Of a DNA stretch of 64,000 nt, positions 27,521 through 37,734 are shown piece after piece. A program made the position numbers and the translations under genes. Below the pieces are notes generated by a model. It was given only the letters and a program-made list of their open reading frames with translations, was not told the origin of the DNA and did no database searches. The DNA is from Gammaproteobacteria bacterium (GTDB taxonomy: Bacteria > Pseudomonadota > Gammaproteobacteria > Eutrophobiales > Eutrophobiaceae). The stretch's first letter is position 1, and each line of letters begins with the position of its first letter. Where the stretch lies: assembly GCA_965221695.1 (NCBI GenBank), contig OZ244905.1, positions 2,976,001 through 3,040,000 on the forward strand. The letters run 5' to 3'.

Positions 27521-29272
27521 TTATGCGCTTTCGGCTTGTAAGTCGGCAGCCTGCGTCAGGTCTACTCTATCGATAAAACCCTTGCGCGCGGCCACGCGGG
27601 ATAATTTACCAGATGAAGTGCGCGGCAGAGTATGCGGGTCTACCAGGTCCACATAGCAGTAAATCCCGAAGCCCTCATACACCTTTCGCTGTAACTGCTT
27701 GATCAATGATTGTCTGGCCGTACTATCGGTAAGACGGCATTCAACCACCAGCACGACTATCTGCTGTTCATTATCGAGTTCGATATCGAATGCCGAGGAC
27801 TCGCCCATCCTGATCTCGTCCATTTCTTCGGCTATTTCTTCAAGGTCCTGGGCGCGGATATTCCTGCCGTTTACGATGATGATGTCTTTGCGGCGTCCCG
27901 TCAGGTAAAGGTTGTCACGGTACAGGTAGCCTAAATCGCCGGTATCCAGCCAGCCATTTTCCAGTATCACCCGAGCGGTCGCTTCCTGGTCGTCCAGATA
28001 GCCGCTCATCAGGCTTGGGCCTTTGACCAGCACCCTGCCCACACGCAGGTCGGGTTGCAACTCGCCATCGTTATCGACGATCCTGATCTCGTGCTCAGGT
28101 AGCGCGCTGCCGCAATTCACTATTTCATTCACCTTACGGTTGTCCGCCTGCACGCGTACTGCGATGCCTCGTTCGGCCATGGTCAGCGCATCGACCGACA
28201 TCACGTCCAGGCCACAGTCCAGTTCCGAGAAGGTCGCGGCGAGTGATGCCTCGGCCAGCCCGTAACAGGGCAGGAACGCATTGGAGTCGAACCCGGTTTC
28301 GGCCATCGTCTTTGCAAATGCCTTGAAGGTGCTGGAACGTAACATCTCTGCGCCGATACCGGCAATGCGCCAACAACTCAGGTCAAGCTGTTGCAGGTCA
28401 GCGCTGCGAATCCTACGGGTACAGAGTTCGTAACCGAATGGCGGCGAGAAAGCGATGGTGCAGCGATTCCGGCTGATTAGGCGCAACCATTGCAGGGGAC
28501 GGATGGCAAAATCCCTGGTGCGCAGGTAATCTACGGATAACTGGGAGGCTATCGGACCGAGCACGAAACCCACCAGTCCCATGTCATGATAGAACGGCAA
28601 CCAGGAGGCGCAGCGGTCTCCATTATGGACTTTCAGGCCGGTTCTTGTGATCCCTTGCAGGTTGCTCATTACCGCCTTGCCGGTGATGATAACGCCTTGC
28701 GGCATCCGTGTGCTGCCCGATGTGAACTGCAAGTAGGCCGGCTCTTCGGGTCTGCTCGGTTGCATGGGACGTTCTGACGGAGCGATGCTGGCCAGTTGAT
28801 CCGGCGTGCCGATCCATTCAAGGCGCTCGTTGTCCGCGGCAGCCTCCTCAAGGAAGCTGATGAATTCTTTATGTGCGATGGCCACCTTCGCCCTGCCACT
28901 GTCAAGCAGTCCTTTGAGCTGCTGCACATAAACTGCATGGCTGCCCAGATTCAAGGGTATCGGCATCGCGAAGGGGACAAGCCCGACATACTGGCAGGCG
29001 AAGAACAGGACGATGAAATCCGGATGGGTGTCCGCGATGAGCGCGATGTGGTCGCCACGCTTCAGATTCAGCTTTAGCAGGCGTTTAGCGGTCAGCTTCG
29101 CTTGCTGTTGCAGCTCACTGTACGGCAGGACCGCGTTGAGATTGCCTTTTGCGTCATAAAAATTGCAGCCGGTAACACCAGCGGCGGCATAATCCAGAGC
29201 TTCGGACAAACAGGAGAATCCGGCCAGGTTTTGGCCTATTGTATTGCTAGTGTTCGTTGCTTCTCGGTTCAC
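27521..29272 (-). CDS. fatty acyl-AMP ligase (acyl-ACP synthetase for Spt)
   Basis: LQFTSGST, SWLPFYHDMGLVG, YGLAE, TGDLG, PRTSSGK. Confidence 0.92.
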   Translation of the reverse strand: MNREATNTSNTIGQNLAGFSCLSEALDYAAAGVTGCNFYDAKGNLNAVLPYSELQQQAKLTAKRLLKLNLKRGDHIALIADTHPDFIVLFFACQYVGLVPFAMPIPLNLGSHAVYVQQLKGLLDSGRAKVAIAHKEFISFLEEAAADNERLEWIGTPDQLASIAPSERPMQPSRPEEPAYLQFTSGSTRMPQGVIITGKAVMSNLQGITRTGLKVHNGDRCASWLPFYHDMGLVGFVLGPIASQLSVDYLRTRDFAIRPLQWLRLISRNRCTIAFSPPFGYELCTRRIRSADLQQLDLSCWRIAGIGAEMLRSSTFKAFAKTMAETGFDSNAFLPCYGLAEASLAATFSELDCGLDVMSVDALTMAERGIAVRVQADNRKVNEIVNCGSALPEHEIRIVDNDGELQPDLRVGRVLVKGPSLMSGYLDDQEATARVILENGWLDTGDLGYLYRDNLYLTGRRKDIIIVNGRNIRAQDLEEIAEEMDEIRMGESSAFDIELDNEQQIVVLVVECRLTDSTARQSLIKQLQRKVYEGFGIYCYVDLVDPHTLPRTSSGKLSRVAARKGFIDRVDLTQAADLQAESA

Positions 29273-29532
29273 AGTGAATAAACCCCCGTCTCGTTTTTTT
29301 TCACGCCGGTTGACAAAGGTAGATTTATTTTTGGTTTATTACAGAGTCCATCCGCAAGCATAGGATAATCATCCAGTTCTTTTCAAATTATAAATTATAA
29401 ACATAAAATACGTCCAGTGTATATCTTTATACTCAGTCTAGGTCGACAAATATTACACAACCTGAGAAAAACTTCCAGCTTTTTTTGTAAATCCCCTTGA
29501 TTGTTGTGTAAATTTTACTAACTGGCCTGCTC

Positions 29533-29729
29533 CCCATACCATTCCCGTGAAAACGGGAATCCAGTGAGACAACGGGTCGCCCCCCGTTTTCACGGGGGTT
29601 GGCTCTGCGGACGACACACTATTTGACTGTACCCCCGCGGTTGCGGGAGCGGTACGGGCGAATGCCTTGGCCCGTACGAAAAGTTACATGCAATCGGGGT
29701 GTGCAGAGAGCTGATCATTAGGGTTTAGG
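29533..29729 (+). repeat. REP/BIME-like repeat, family 1, copy B
   Basis: ATTCCCGTGAAAACGGGAATCCAG at 29541; tail CTGATCATTAGGGTTTAG shared with copy D. Confidence 0.8.
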
Positions 29730-29763
29730 CAGAGCAAACGTATATTATATATTTCACCGCTTC

Positions 29764-29789
29764 CCTGGGAGCGCGGGCGAGACGCCGCG
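29764..29789 (+). repeat. REP-like repeat, family 3 (partial)
   Basis: CCTGGGAGCGCGGGCGAGACGCCGCG immediately after the HIT stop. Confidence 0.55.
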
Positions 29790-30236
29790 TTAGGCTGGCC
29801 ATGCAGACCTCAAATCATCCAGTAATTGCTTGAACACCTTGTCCTGCAAGGAGTTGTGCTGCGCCAGGTCCGGCGGACCTGGCCAAGCGGTATCGGAAAA
29901 AAACGCTCCTCCGTAGCTGCGCTCAGACGCATACCGGGGTATTACATGAAAGTGGACATGGGGGTCTACCATCATTAGCATCAGATAGTTCAGTTTATCA
30001 TGGCGGAAAAGATGCGATAATACCGAGTCAATGTCGCGTGTTACCCGGGCCAGTTCGGTAAATGCGGCTTCGTTGAGCTGGGAAAAAGCCGTCACAGGTT
30101 CGCGTGCGACCAGCGCCAGGGCGCCTAGCGTCACCTGGGCGGGACGCAGCAGCACGAGCCATGTAGAATAAGTATGGATGCAGGTTTCCGGGGCGCCGAA
30201 TTTCAACATTGTTTCGTTCAGGGCATTGGATGACAT
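29790..30236 (-). CDS. HIT family nucleotide hydrolase
   Basis: PHVHFHVIPR histidine triad. Confidence 0.9.
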   Translation of the reverse strand: MSSNALNETMLKFGAPETCIHTYSTWLVLLRPAQVTLGALALVAREPVTAFSQLNEAAFTELARVTRDIDSVLSHLFRHDKLNYLMLMMVDPHVHFHVIPRYASERSYGGAFFSDTAWPGPPDLAQHNSLQDKVFKQLLDDLRSAWPA

Positions 30237-30280
30237 ACGCGGTTTCGCCGATCAACAAAAAAAGTCTGCGCATATAGTAA

Positions 30281-31459
30281 ATGATGAAGCGCCAAGGGTC
30301 AAAGTCAATTTTACAGGAACAAAGCCAGCGGTCCGAGCCGATCCGGGTCATTCCGGTGACCAATCGGCGTCAGCTTGCCGCGTTTATTCGTGTGCCTTGG
30401 GGTCTGTACGCGCAAGATCCCCTTTGGGTCCCGCCGTTGAAGCTCGAACGCAGGTTGCATTTCTCCTCCCTGAATCCTTATTTTGCTCATGGCCGCTGGC
30501 AGGGCTGGGTTGCCTGGCGTGGCGCTCGGCCGGTCGGTCGCATCAGCGCCCAGGTCGACGATCTGCATCGCAGACATTACCGCGTGAAATCCGGCCATTT
30601 CGGTTTTCTCGAATGTGAGAACGACCCGGAGGCAATGCGCGCGCTGATTACAGAGAGCGAACGCTGGTTGGCGCAATATCAAACCGAAGAGATCACCGGT
30701 CCGTTCAATTTTTCCATCAACCAGGAATGCGGATTGCTGGTGGATGGTTTTGGCACACCACCGGCGCTCATGATGCCTCATAACCATCATTGGTATGCGG
30801 AGTTGCTTGAACAGCAGGGCTATTCCCCGGCGAAAGACCTGTATGCTTACTGGGTCGATCCTGCTTTCGTCATACCGCCTGTTATGCAGAGACTGGTGGA
30901 CAGGTTCGGCAAGTCCGTTCGGCTGCGCGGATTGAACCGGAAGCGTTTCAAACAGGAACTGGAGACTTTGCGTAGCATTTTTAATGATGCCTGGTCGAAC
31001 AATTGGGGTTTTGTCCCGTTTACCCAAGAGGAATTTGCGGAGTTGGGAACCAGCCTGAGGTTGTTTGTGCCGGATGACTTTATCCGCATTGCGGAATACG
31101 AAGGCGAGCCGGTTGCGTTTATTGTTGCCTTGCCCAATCTGAACGAAGTGATTCGCGACCTGGATGGCAACCTGTTTCCTGCTGGATTGCTCAAACTTAT
31201 CATCGCCTTGCGCAAGCGTCGAATCAAAACCGGCAGAATTCCATTGATGGGTGTGCGTAAGACGCTGCAGAATACCCCGCTGGGTATCGCGCTGGCATTG
31301 ATTGTAATCCACGACCTCAGGCAGAAGGTTGTCGCCGCCGGGATGACGGGCGTGGAAATGTCCTGGATACTGGAAGATAACAAGGCTATGCGCAGCATCC
31401 TTGAAAGGATTGGCAGCAAGTTGTACAAGACCTACCGTATCTACCGGAAATCGGTCTGA
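30281..31459 (+). CDS. bcerS: bacterial ceramide synthase (double GNAT fold)
   Basis: DPLWVPPL, VGRISAQ, GPFNFSINQECGLLVDGF, NDAWSNNWGFVP, EMSWILEDN; within spt cluster. Confidence 0.85.
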   Translation: MMKRQGSKSILQEQSQRSEPIRVIPVTNRRQLAAFIRVPWGLYAQDPLWVPPLKLERRLHFSSLNPYFAHGRWQGWVAWRGARPVGRISAQVDDLHRRHYRVKSGHFGFLECENDPEAMRALITESERWLAQYQTEEITGPFNFSINQECGLLVDGFGTPPALMMPHNHHWYAELLEQQGYSPAKDLYAYWVDPAFVIPPVMQRLVDRFGKSVRLRGLNRKRFKQELETLRSIFNDAWSNNWGFVPFTQEEFAELGTSLRLFVPDDFIRIAEYEGEPVAFIVALPNLNEVIRDLDGNLFPAGLLKLIIALRKRRIKTGRIPLMGVRKTLQNTPLGIALALIVIHDLRQKVVAAGMTGVEMSWILEDNKAMRSILERIGSKLYKTYRIYRKSV

Positions 31460-31586
31460 TCCGTCGTTCTCACCATACTGCTTGCTGTTACCGGCCATAT
31501 TCCCGTTATGTTCATTTATAAATTTTTTCAACATGACACGGTGCGCTTGCTGCGCCGCCGCTTGTCTTGTTTCTGCTTGCAGGCAA

Positions 31587-32408
31587 ATGCCGCTTGAACG
31601 CAAAATTGTCGCCTTGACGCTTGCCGCGGATCGTAACGCCGGGGACGCAGTAGCGAAGGTTGCCGGCGTTCCTTCCAAGGGACTGGCGCCGTTGGCAGGA
31701 ATACCCATGATAGTGCGGGTGTTGAATGCGTTGCTGGCGTGCGGGCGGCTGGACTCCATCCTGTTATGCGGGCCCGCGCCGGCAGCCGTCGATGCTTGCC
31801 CGCCGTTGCGAGAACTCATCGATCAGGAAGCTGTCTCCTGGTTCCCTGCGGAGGACAGTCTGAGCGGCAGCGTGCTGGCGGGACTGGCCAGGATGGATCC
31901 CGATGCGCTGGCGTTGATAACGACTGCCGACCACGCATTGCTTGATGCCGGGATAGTCGATTATTTTCTGGATCGGGTCCTGGACGGCCGCGCCGACGTC
32001 AGTGTGGGGATGGCGGACTATGATCTGGTACGGCGCGCCTACCCGGGCGCGCGCCGCACGACCCTGAAATTTGCCGAAGGCGGATATTGCGGGTGCAATC
32101 TCTTTGCGCTGGACGGCGCGCGTGCAAGGGACATCATTTCATTATGGCAGCGGACCCAGACGCAACGAAAACGGCCCTGGCGCATGGTCCTGGGGTTATT
32201 CGGTTTCGGGATGCTGGCGCAGTATGCCAGCGGTCGCATGAGTATGGATCGAGTGAGACAGGCGGTCCGGGAAGCCACCGGCATTGCGTTGGATTTTATC
32301 TGTTTGCCGTTCCCGCATGCCGCCATCGACGTGGACACGCCCGCGGATCTGGAATTGGCGCAGAAGATTTTCAGGGAGCAGCTTGAGGGTACTGACTCCC
32401 GGCGTTAG
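31587..32408 (+). CDS. MobA/IspD-like nucleotidyltransferase
   Basis: LTLAADR...KGLAPLAG, TTADHALL, GCNLF, AIDVDTPADL; ATG 31587. Confidence 0.85.
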   Translation: MPLERKIVALTLAADRNAGDAVAKVAGVPSKGLAPLAGIPMIVRVLNALLACGRLDSILLCGPAPAAVDACPPLRELIDQEAVSWFPAEDSLSGSVLAGLARMDPDALALITTADHALLDAGIVDYFLDRVLDGRADVSVGMADYDLVRRAYPGARRTTLKFAEGGYCGCNLFALDGARARDIISLWQRTQTQRKRPWRMVLGLFGFGMLAQYASGRMSMDRVRQAVREATGIALDFICLPFPHAAIDVDTPADLELAQKIFREQLEGTDSRR

Positions 32409-32558
32409 CCCACCCGCCTGGGATTGCGTATCGTCAAGCTTTCCTGCCAGCGCGGGCGTCCCGCCGGCAGGCAGGTGGGACGGCTGCAATCCCCGGGGGG
32501 GCGCCATAGTTTTCCTTGGCTAATACCAAAAACTTCGTGTTTGAGCTTGTGTGCAAGT

Positions 32559-33293
32559 TCAAACATGGTGTTTAACCACGTCTTCAGCTCTGTCCAGGTC
32601 CTTTTTGAAATCTATCTCGCACCAGCGCCGGCCGGCAATACTGCAGGCGCGTACCAGGGATTGCCCGGCAAGCCTGTCCACCACGCTCAGGAACCATAGC
32701 CGCAGGGCGTCACCTTGCTTCATCTGCCGGTCCAGGCGCTCGCGAAACAATGCCGGACCTGTGCCCCGGAAGTACAACAGACCGATTGACTCCGCCATAG
32801 TGTGCTCGTCAGGAAGAGTCTTGCCAACGGATTTCACCATGGAGTCCTCTAGTTCGACCCGCATATCGTCATTATCGTACCTGTCCTTGTAATCGATAGT
32901 CAGGGTGACCGGCGCTTCAGGGGACTCGAATACCGTGTCCAATAATGCCGGTTCAAATAGCGTGTCGCCGTTCAGCAGAATGAAATCCCCGGACATTGCA
33001 TGGCGCGCCATCCAGCAACTTGCCAGATTATCCGATACGCTGTAAAACGGGTTGAAAATAATGTTTATCCTGTGCAGGTCGGCGCCAAAGCTATCTTTGA
33101 TATGCGCTTCAACGAGGTTCGAGTTAAACCCGGTGACAATATGCGCCTGTTCGATGCCAGCCGCCAGCAATTTCTGGATCTGCCATTCCAGGATGGTTTT
33201 GCCGGCCACGGGCAGCATACACTTGGGACGCGTCTCGGTCAGGGGCAGCAATCTTTTGCCCTGGCCGGCGCTTAAAATAATCGCATTGGTCAT
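32559..33293 (-). CDS. LicC-like cytidylyltransferase
   Basis: AIILSAGQGKRL...PKCML, LNGDTLF, WCEIDF. Confidence 0.9.
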   Translation of the reverse strand: MTNAIILSAGQGKRLLPLTETRPKCMLPVAGKTILEWQIQKLLAAGIEQAHIVTGFNSNLVEAHIKDSFGADLHRINIIFNPFYSVSDNLASCWMARHAMSGDFILLNGDTLFEPALLDTVFESPEAPVTLTIDYKDRYDNDDMRVELEDSMVKSVGKTLPDEHTMAESIGLLYFRGTGPALFRERLDRQMKQGDALRLWFLSVVDRLAGQSLVRACSIAGRRWCEIDFKKDLDRAEDVVKHHV

Positions 33294-33404
33294 AAGATTC
33301 TCATTATTCCAGGCGGGTGTTATTGTCTGAGGTGAGCAGTTTAATGAAATTTATAATACAATCAAACCAACCTGGAAGAACTCCTGTCATCGACCGGATG
33401 CCGC

Positions 33405-34481
33405 ATGTCACATATTGATCGCTATATCATACGGGAAGTCCTCAGACCCTTCAGTTTTGTTCTAATCATCCTGGTCACGCTGTTTGCCTGTTTCAGCAGC
33501 GCGCGCTACCTGGCTGAAGCGGTGACTGAGACCCTGGGTATCTATTTCATGATCAAATTGATTTTGCTCAAGACATTTATTGCCCTGGAGGTCCTGATCC
33601 CGATCGCGCTTTACACGTCTGTTGTGATCGGCCTGGGCAGGCTGCACCGGGACCGGGAAATAGTGGCGCTGAACGCCGCCGGAGCCGGAAATAAACGCAT
33701 CATCGGCCCGGTTATCCTGGTATCCATACCGATCGCGCTGGCTGTCGGCGCGTTGTCCCTGCACGGCCGGCCCTGGGCTTACGAAAACAGTTATATCCTG
33801 GATGCCATGGCCAAGGCCGATTTGAATACCGACCGGTTTCAGGCGGGACGTTTTTACGGCAATGAAGACAACGGCACGGTGGTTTTTATTGCCGATAAGC
33901 AGCGCATCAGCGGCGAGATGTCCGGGATATTTTACTATACGCGCAAAGGTGAAGTCAGTGAGGTCACTACGGCGGCGCGCGCCCGGCAGGACAAGAGCCT
34001 GGAAGATGGCAGGCTGCAGTTGACGCTTGACAACGGATTGCTGTACAGGTTGCAGCACAACTCCATGGAAGATGAAGTGGCGCGCTACGAAAAACTGATC
34101 AGGTTTCATGACGACCCCGAAATCAGCATCGGCTATCGGCGCAAGGCCCAGACGACTCCTACCCTGCTTAAATCCGACAATCCTGAGGATATTGCGGAAG
34201 CCCAGTGGCGTCTGTCCCGGCCACTGGCCGCGCTGTTGCTTGCATTGATTGCGATTCCCTTAAGCCATACCAACTCAAGACAGGGAAAAAATGAGAGAGT
34301 GTTCATGGCCGCATTGATTTTTGCGGTGTATTACAACCTCAGTGGTGTAGCCCAGACCTGGGTGGAACAAGGTGTGATGGATGAAATGCCCGGCGTTTGG
34401 TGGTTGCACGGAGTCATGGCGCTGGTGGTTTCGCTGTTCCTGTTCCAGAGATTTTACCGGCGTTTGTTGCCTGGCCTATGA
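33405..34481 (+). CDS. lptF: LptF-family permease (paralogue within sphingolipid cluster)
   Basis: IDRYIIRE, RLHRDREIVALNAAG, AEAQWRLSRP. Confidence 0.9.
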   Translation: MSHIDRYIIREVLRPFSFVLIILVTLFACFSSARYLAEAVTETLGIYFMIKLILLKTFIALEVLIPIALYTSVVIGLGRLHRDREIVALNAAGAGNKRIIGPVILVSIPIALAVGALSLHGRPWAYENSYILDAMAKADLNTDRFQAGRFYGNEDNGTVVFIADKQRISGEMSGIFYYTRKGEVSEVTTAARARQDKSLEDGRLQLTLDNGLLYRLQHNSMEDEVARYEKLIRFHDDPEISIGYRRKAQTTPTLLKSDNPEDIAEAQWRLSRPLAALLLALIAIPLSHTNSRQGKNERVFMAALIFAVYYNLSGVAQTWVEQGVMDEMPGVWWLHGVMALVVSLFLFQRFYRRLLPGL

Positions 34482-35542
34482 GCGCGCTTGAAACCTACCT
34501 GATGCGCCGGATCTGCATGGGGTTGTTGATTGCCACGGCAGTATTGCTGCCGCTGTTCAGCTTTTTCGACCTGATAGAACAGATGGAGGATATCGGTCAA
34601 GGTTTCTATCGTATGGAGGATGCGTTTTACATTGTGCTGTTGATGTTGCCCAGGCGTTTGATCCAACTGCTCCCGTTTATTGCGCTGATCGGCAATGTCA
34701 TAGCGCTGGGGCGGCTGGCGTATAATTCGGAAATCACCGCCATGCGCGCAGCCGGACTGTCGCCCGCGCGTATCAGCCTGGCGTCTTTCAAAGTCGGTCT
34801 GTGCTTGCTGCTGTTGCTGGGCGCGCTGGAGCAGGTGGTCGCGCCGGCAATGCAGAGCAAAGCTATTGCCCACCGCCTGGAAGCCTTGAACCAGAGCGCG
34901 GAACTGGGCGAGGACCTGGGTATCTGGACGCGTAATGAAAATCAGGTATTGCGGCTCGGGGGATCGATTCGCGCGGCCTATGTGCAGGATGTGGAAATAT
35001 TCACCTTGGATCAGCAGGGCCTGCTTACTGCCTATATACATGCGCAAGGCGCGGAGATCATCAGCAAAGACAATTGGACTCTGCATGAAGTGACCATGAA
35101 GGAGTTCAACGGCACTGAGGTGAGCTCTCGCTTTTCCGCGCGCCTGGACTGGAAGCCGTTTCTTAGCGCCGAGCAGGTATCCACGCTGACCAGGCCGGCG
35201 GAAAGCCTGGCGCCGGCAGAGTTGTACCGCCATATTCAGTACCTGAAACAAACCGGGCAGCAGCATGATGAGATTTTGCTGACCTACTGGCGAAAATTTG
35301 GCGCAGGGTTGATCATGCTGGCCATGTTACTGCTGTCAGTCCCGTTCGTCTTCGGTTCCAGACAAGCCGGCATCGGTTCCCGGCTGGCGCTGGCGGGGGT
35401 CACCGGCATTTGTGTCTACTTGCTGGACCAGATTCTGTCCAATGCCGGATTATTGTTGGACCTGAACCATGCGTTGGTAGCGTTGACGCCTGGACTGGCC
35501 CTGATGTTCATAGCCAGTCTGTGGCTGCAACGAGTGCCCTGA
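34478..35542 (+). CDS. lptG: LptG-family permease
   Basis: LGRLAYNSEITAMRAAG; ATGA overlap with lptF. Confidence 0.9.
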   Translation: MSALETYLMRRICMGLLIATAVLLPLFSFFDLIEQMEDIGQGFYRMEDAFYIVLLMLPRRLIQLLPFIALIGNVIALGRLAYNSEITAMRAAGLSPARISLASFKVGLCLLLLLGALEQVVAPAMQSKAIAHRLEALNQSAELGEDLGIWTRNENQVLRLGGSIRAAYVQDVEIFTLDQQGLLTAYIHAQGAEIISKDNWTLHEVTMKEFNGTEVSSRFSARLDWKPFLSAEQVSTLTRPAESLAPAELYRHIQYLKQTGQQHDEILLTYWRKFGAGLIMLAMLLLSVPFVFGSRQAGIGSRLALAGVTGICVYLLDQILSNAGLLLDLNHALVALTPGLALMFIASLWLQRVP

Positions 35543-35579
35543 GCAACAGCGCCGTGCCGGAAAGGGTTAACTCCAGCCG

Positions 35580-35607
35580 CCGGGAGCGCGGGCGTCTCGC
35601 CCGCGTC
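35580..35607 (+). repeat. REP-like repeat, family 3
   Basis: CCGGGAGCGCGGGCGTCTCGCCCGCG hairpin between convergent genes. Confidence 0.65.
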
Positions 35608-35651
35608 ACCAGGCAATCGTGTCGTTTACAAGGTGATCTCTGCAGGAATGA

Positions 35652-36596
35652 TTAATTCCTGATTTCAGTGTCCAGCTTCAGTTCAAATTTGTCCGTATCA
35701 TCGTTATGTAAGAATGACCTGATCCGAGTCTGCCAGCCGGTCCGGCGTCTGCTTACCTGGTAGAGGTTATAGCCCGCTTTTTTCTCCGGGTCGTTATAAC
35801 ATGCCGAGGCTGAAGGCGCTCCGAACACCGGGATGCGCCAGGTTCCGGCTTGCAACGTTGCGCGCATCTGCCGGTGTCCGTGGCCATGGACGATTAACTC
35901 TGCGCCGGGTCCGGCCAGGGTCGAGAGCAGTTGCTCCGTATCGGATAATCCGCGTCGGAAGCTCATGGAGTGCGGACTGTGATGCAGGATCAGAACGCGA
36001 TACAGGCCCCGCTGCGCGGCGGTTTCAAGCAGGCGACCAAGGCGTTGTAACTGTTCCTTGCCCAGCTTGCCGCTGGCGAAGAACGGCGGCGTGGGAACGG
36101 CGCTGGAAAGGCCGATGAGCGCGACCGGACCGCGTGTCCGCAGATACGGGAAACCTGGCGCGTGATCCTGATCGTCAGGGTCGCTTTGCATCCAGGCGCG
36201 CCAGCGTCCGATCGTTGCGGCCAGATCAGAGTCAATATAACGATCATGATTCCCCGGCACAATTGAGATATAATCCGAGGCGCCGACGCTGTGTAACCAG
36301 GCTTCGGCTTCCTGGCATTCGTTTGCCGTGCCAAGGTGCGTGAAATCCCCGCTGATAATCAGGTGCTCGGGTTGTTGGTTGCTCAGTTCAGCAAGCGCGC
36401 GGGATAGGACTTGCCTGCTGTGGGACCGGCGTCGTTTTATACGCCAGGAGAGATAGCCAAGGACGCGTTTATTGGCTAATTCACGCCATGTAACAGAGTT
36501 TAATGAGGTCAGGTGCGGGTCCGAAAGGTGCGCGAGGGTCAGGCTGGCTTTCATTGTCATCAATTCAGAGGATATTGTTGGGATTCCATAAACCAC
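35652..36596 (-). CDS. calcineurin-like metallophosphoesterase
   Basis: SDPH, GDFT, GNHD, HH, HGHGH. Confidence 0.92.
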   Translation of the reverse strand: MVYGIPTISSELMTMKASLTLAHLSDPHLTSLNSVTWRELANKRVLGYLSWRIKRRRSHSRQVLSRALAELSNQQPEHLIISGDFTHLGTANECQEAEAWLHSVGASDYISIVPGNHDRYIDSDLAATIGRWRAWMQSDPDDQDHAPGFPYLRTRGPVALIGLSSAVPTPPFFASGKLGKEQLQRLGRLLETAAQRGLYRVLILHHSPHSMSFRRGLSDTEQLLSTLAGPGAELIVHGHGHRQMRATLQAGTWRIPVFGAPSASACYNDPEKKAGYNLYQVSRRRTGWQTRIRSFLHNDDTDKFELKLDTEIRN

Positions 36597-36691
36597 AGAA
36601 TGCGCAGAATAGCACGAATCGTTATTCGGGGGTCATGGGAGACAGCCCGGCGGTAGCGCGGAGATCAGGCGTTCCAGCTAGGTTGACCTGA

Positions 36692-37645
36692 ATGGCACAG
36701 CAAGATATACCGCAGGCATTGATCGATCGTATCGCGCAACAGTGCGCTGGTCCCGCGCCTGCTTCCTGCGCGTTGATTGTCGAGGCGTTGAAGGAGACCT
36801 ACGCCGCCGCCCTGTCAGGCATCCTGTTTTATGGTTCCTGTTCCAGGAGCGACTCCATGCAGGACGGCATCGCCGATGTGTTTGTGCTCGTCGACAGCTA
36901 CCGTAATGCTTACCCCAAACGGCGACAGGCCTGGCTCAACGCCTGTCTGCCGCCCAACATCTGCTACCGGGAAATTCCCTGTGACGGCGCGCCGGTGCGG
37001 CTGAAACTGGCTGTCATCAGCATCGCGGATTTCAGCCACGGCATCTGCCACGGCTTTCACCCCTACCTGTGGGGGCGCTTCGCGCAGCCTACTACTATTC
37101 TCTATGCCAGCGCTGAAGCAACGCGCCGCGAATTTCAACGCCTCATGGCGCAGTCCGTGCTGACGCTGCTGAGAACCACGCTGCCCACTCTGCAGGGCAC
37201 AATCAGCGATTCGGAAACGATTTGGACCAATGCGTTATCCTTGTCCTACTCAACCGAATTCCGGGCCGAACCCGACTCCAAGGCTGCGCAACTGGCACGC
37301 TATCATCATGCCGCGTTTGCGGCCTTGCTGGATGCCTCGCTGCCTGCTCTAAAGACCTCACTATGCCGCGCAGGCGCCGGCAGTTACCGAGCGCTCGGCA
37401 ATGCCGAATGCGCGCGCCGGGCGCGCAGGCAATGGCTTCACCGCCGCCGGTTGGGACGCATGCTGTGGGGGCTGAGGCTGATCAAAGCGACGCTTACCTT
37501 CAGCAACGGCGCCGATTATGCGGCCTGGAAGATCGAACGCCATACGGGTGTGAAGATAGATGTTACCCCCAGGCTGCGGCGATATCCGTTGTTGTTCGGT
37601 TGGGGAGCGCTGCTCAAACTGGTCAGGCAGGGGATCTTAAAATGA
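36692..37645 (+). CDS. conserved sphingolipid-cluster protein, Tam41-like nucleotidyltransferase fold (CpgC-like)
   Basis: LFYGS...DGIADVFV, LPPN, WGRFAQP, DYAAWKIERH. Confidence 0.65.
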   Translation: MAQQDIPQALIDRIAQQCAGPAPASCALIVEALKETYAAALSGILFYGSCSRSDSMQDGIADVFVLVDSYRNAYPKRRQAWLNACLPPNICYREIPCDGAPVRLKLAVISIADFSHGICHGFHPYLWGRFAQPTTILYASAEATRREFQRLMAQSVLTLLRTTLPTLQGTISDSETIWTNALSLSYSTEFRAEPDSKAAQLARYHHAAFAALLDASLPALKTSLCRAGAGSYRALGNAECARRARRQWLHRRRLGRMLWGLRLIKATLTFSNGADYAAWKIERHTGVKIDVTPRLRRYPLLFGWGALLKLVRQGILK

Positions 37646-37734
37646 GGCAAGCCCGAATAACTCTGGTTCGCTTGTCAGTGTCTAACGGTTTGCCCAGCAT
37701 GAGCTATTCAGGTTTGATAAGCTTTCTCTGAGCT

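Noticed and set aside
30311-31819. 502-aa antisense ORF
   Set aside because: Shadow of bcerS with no motifs
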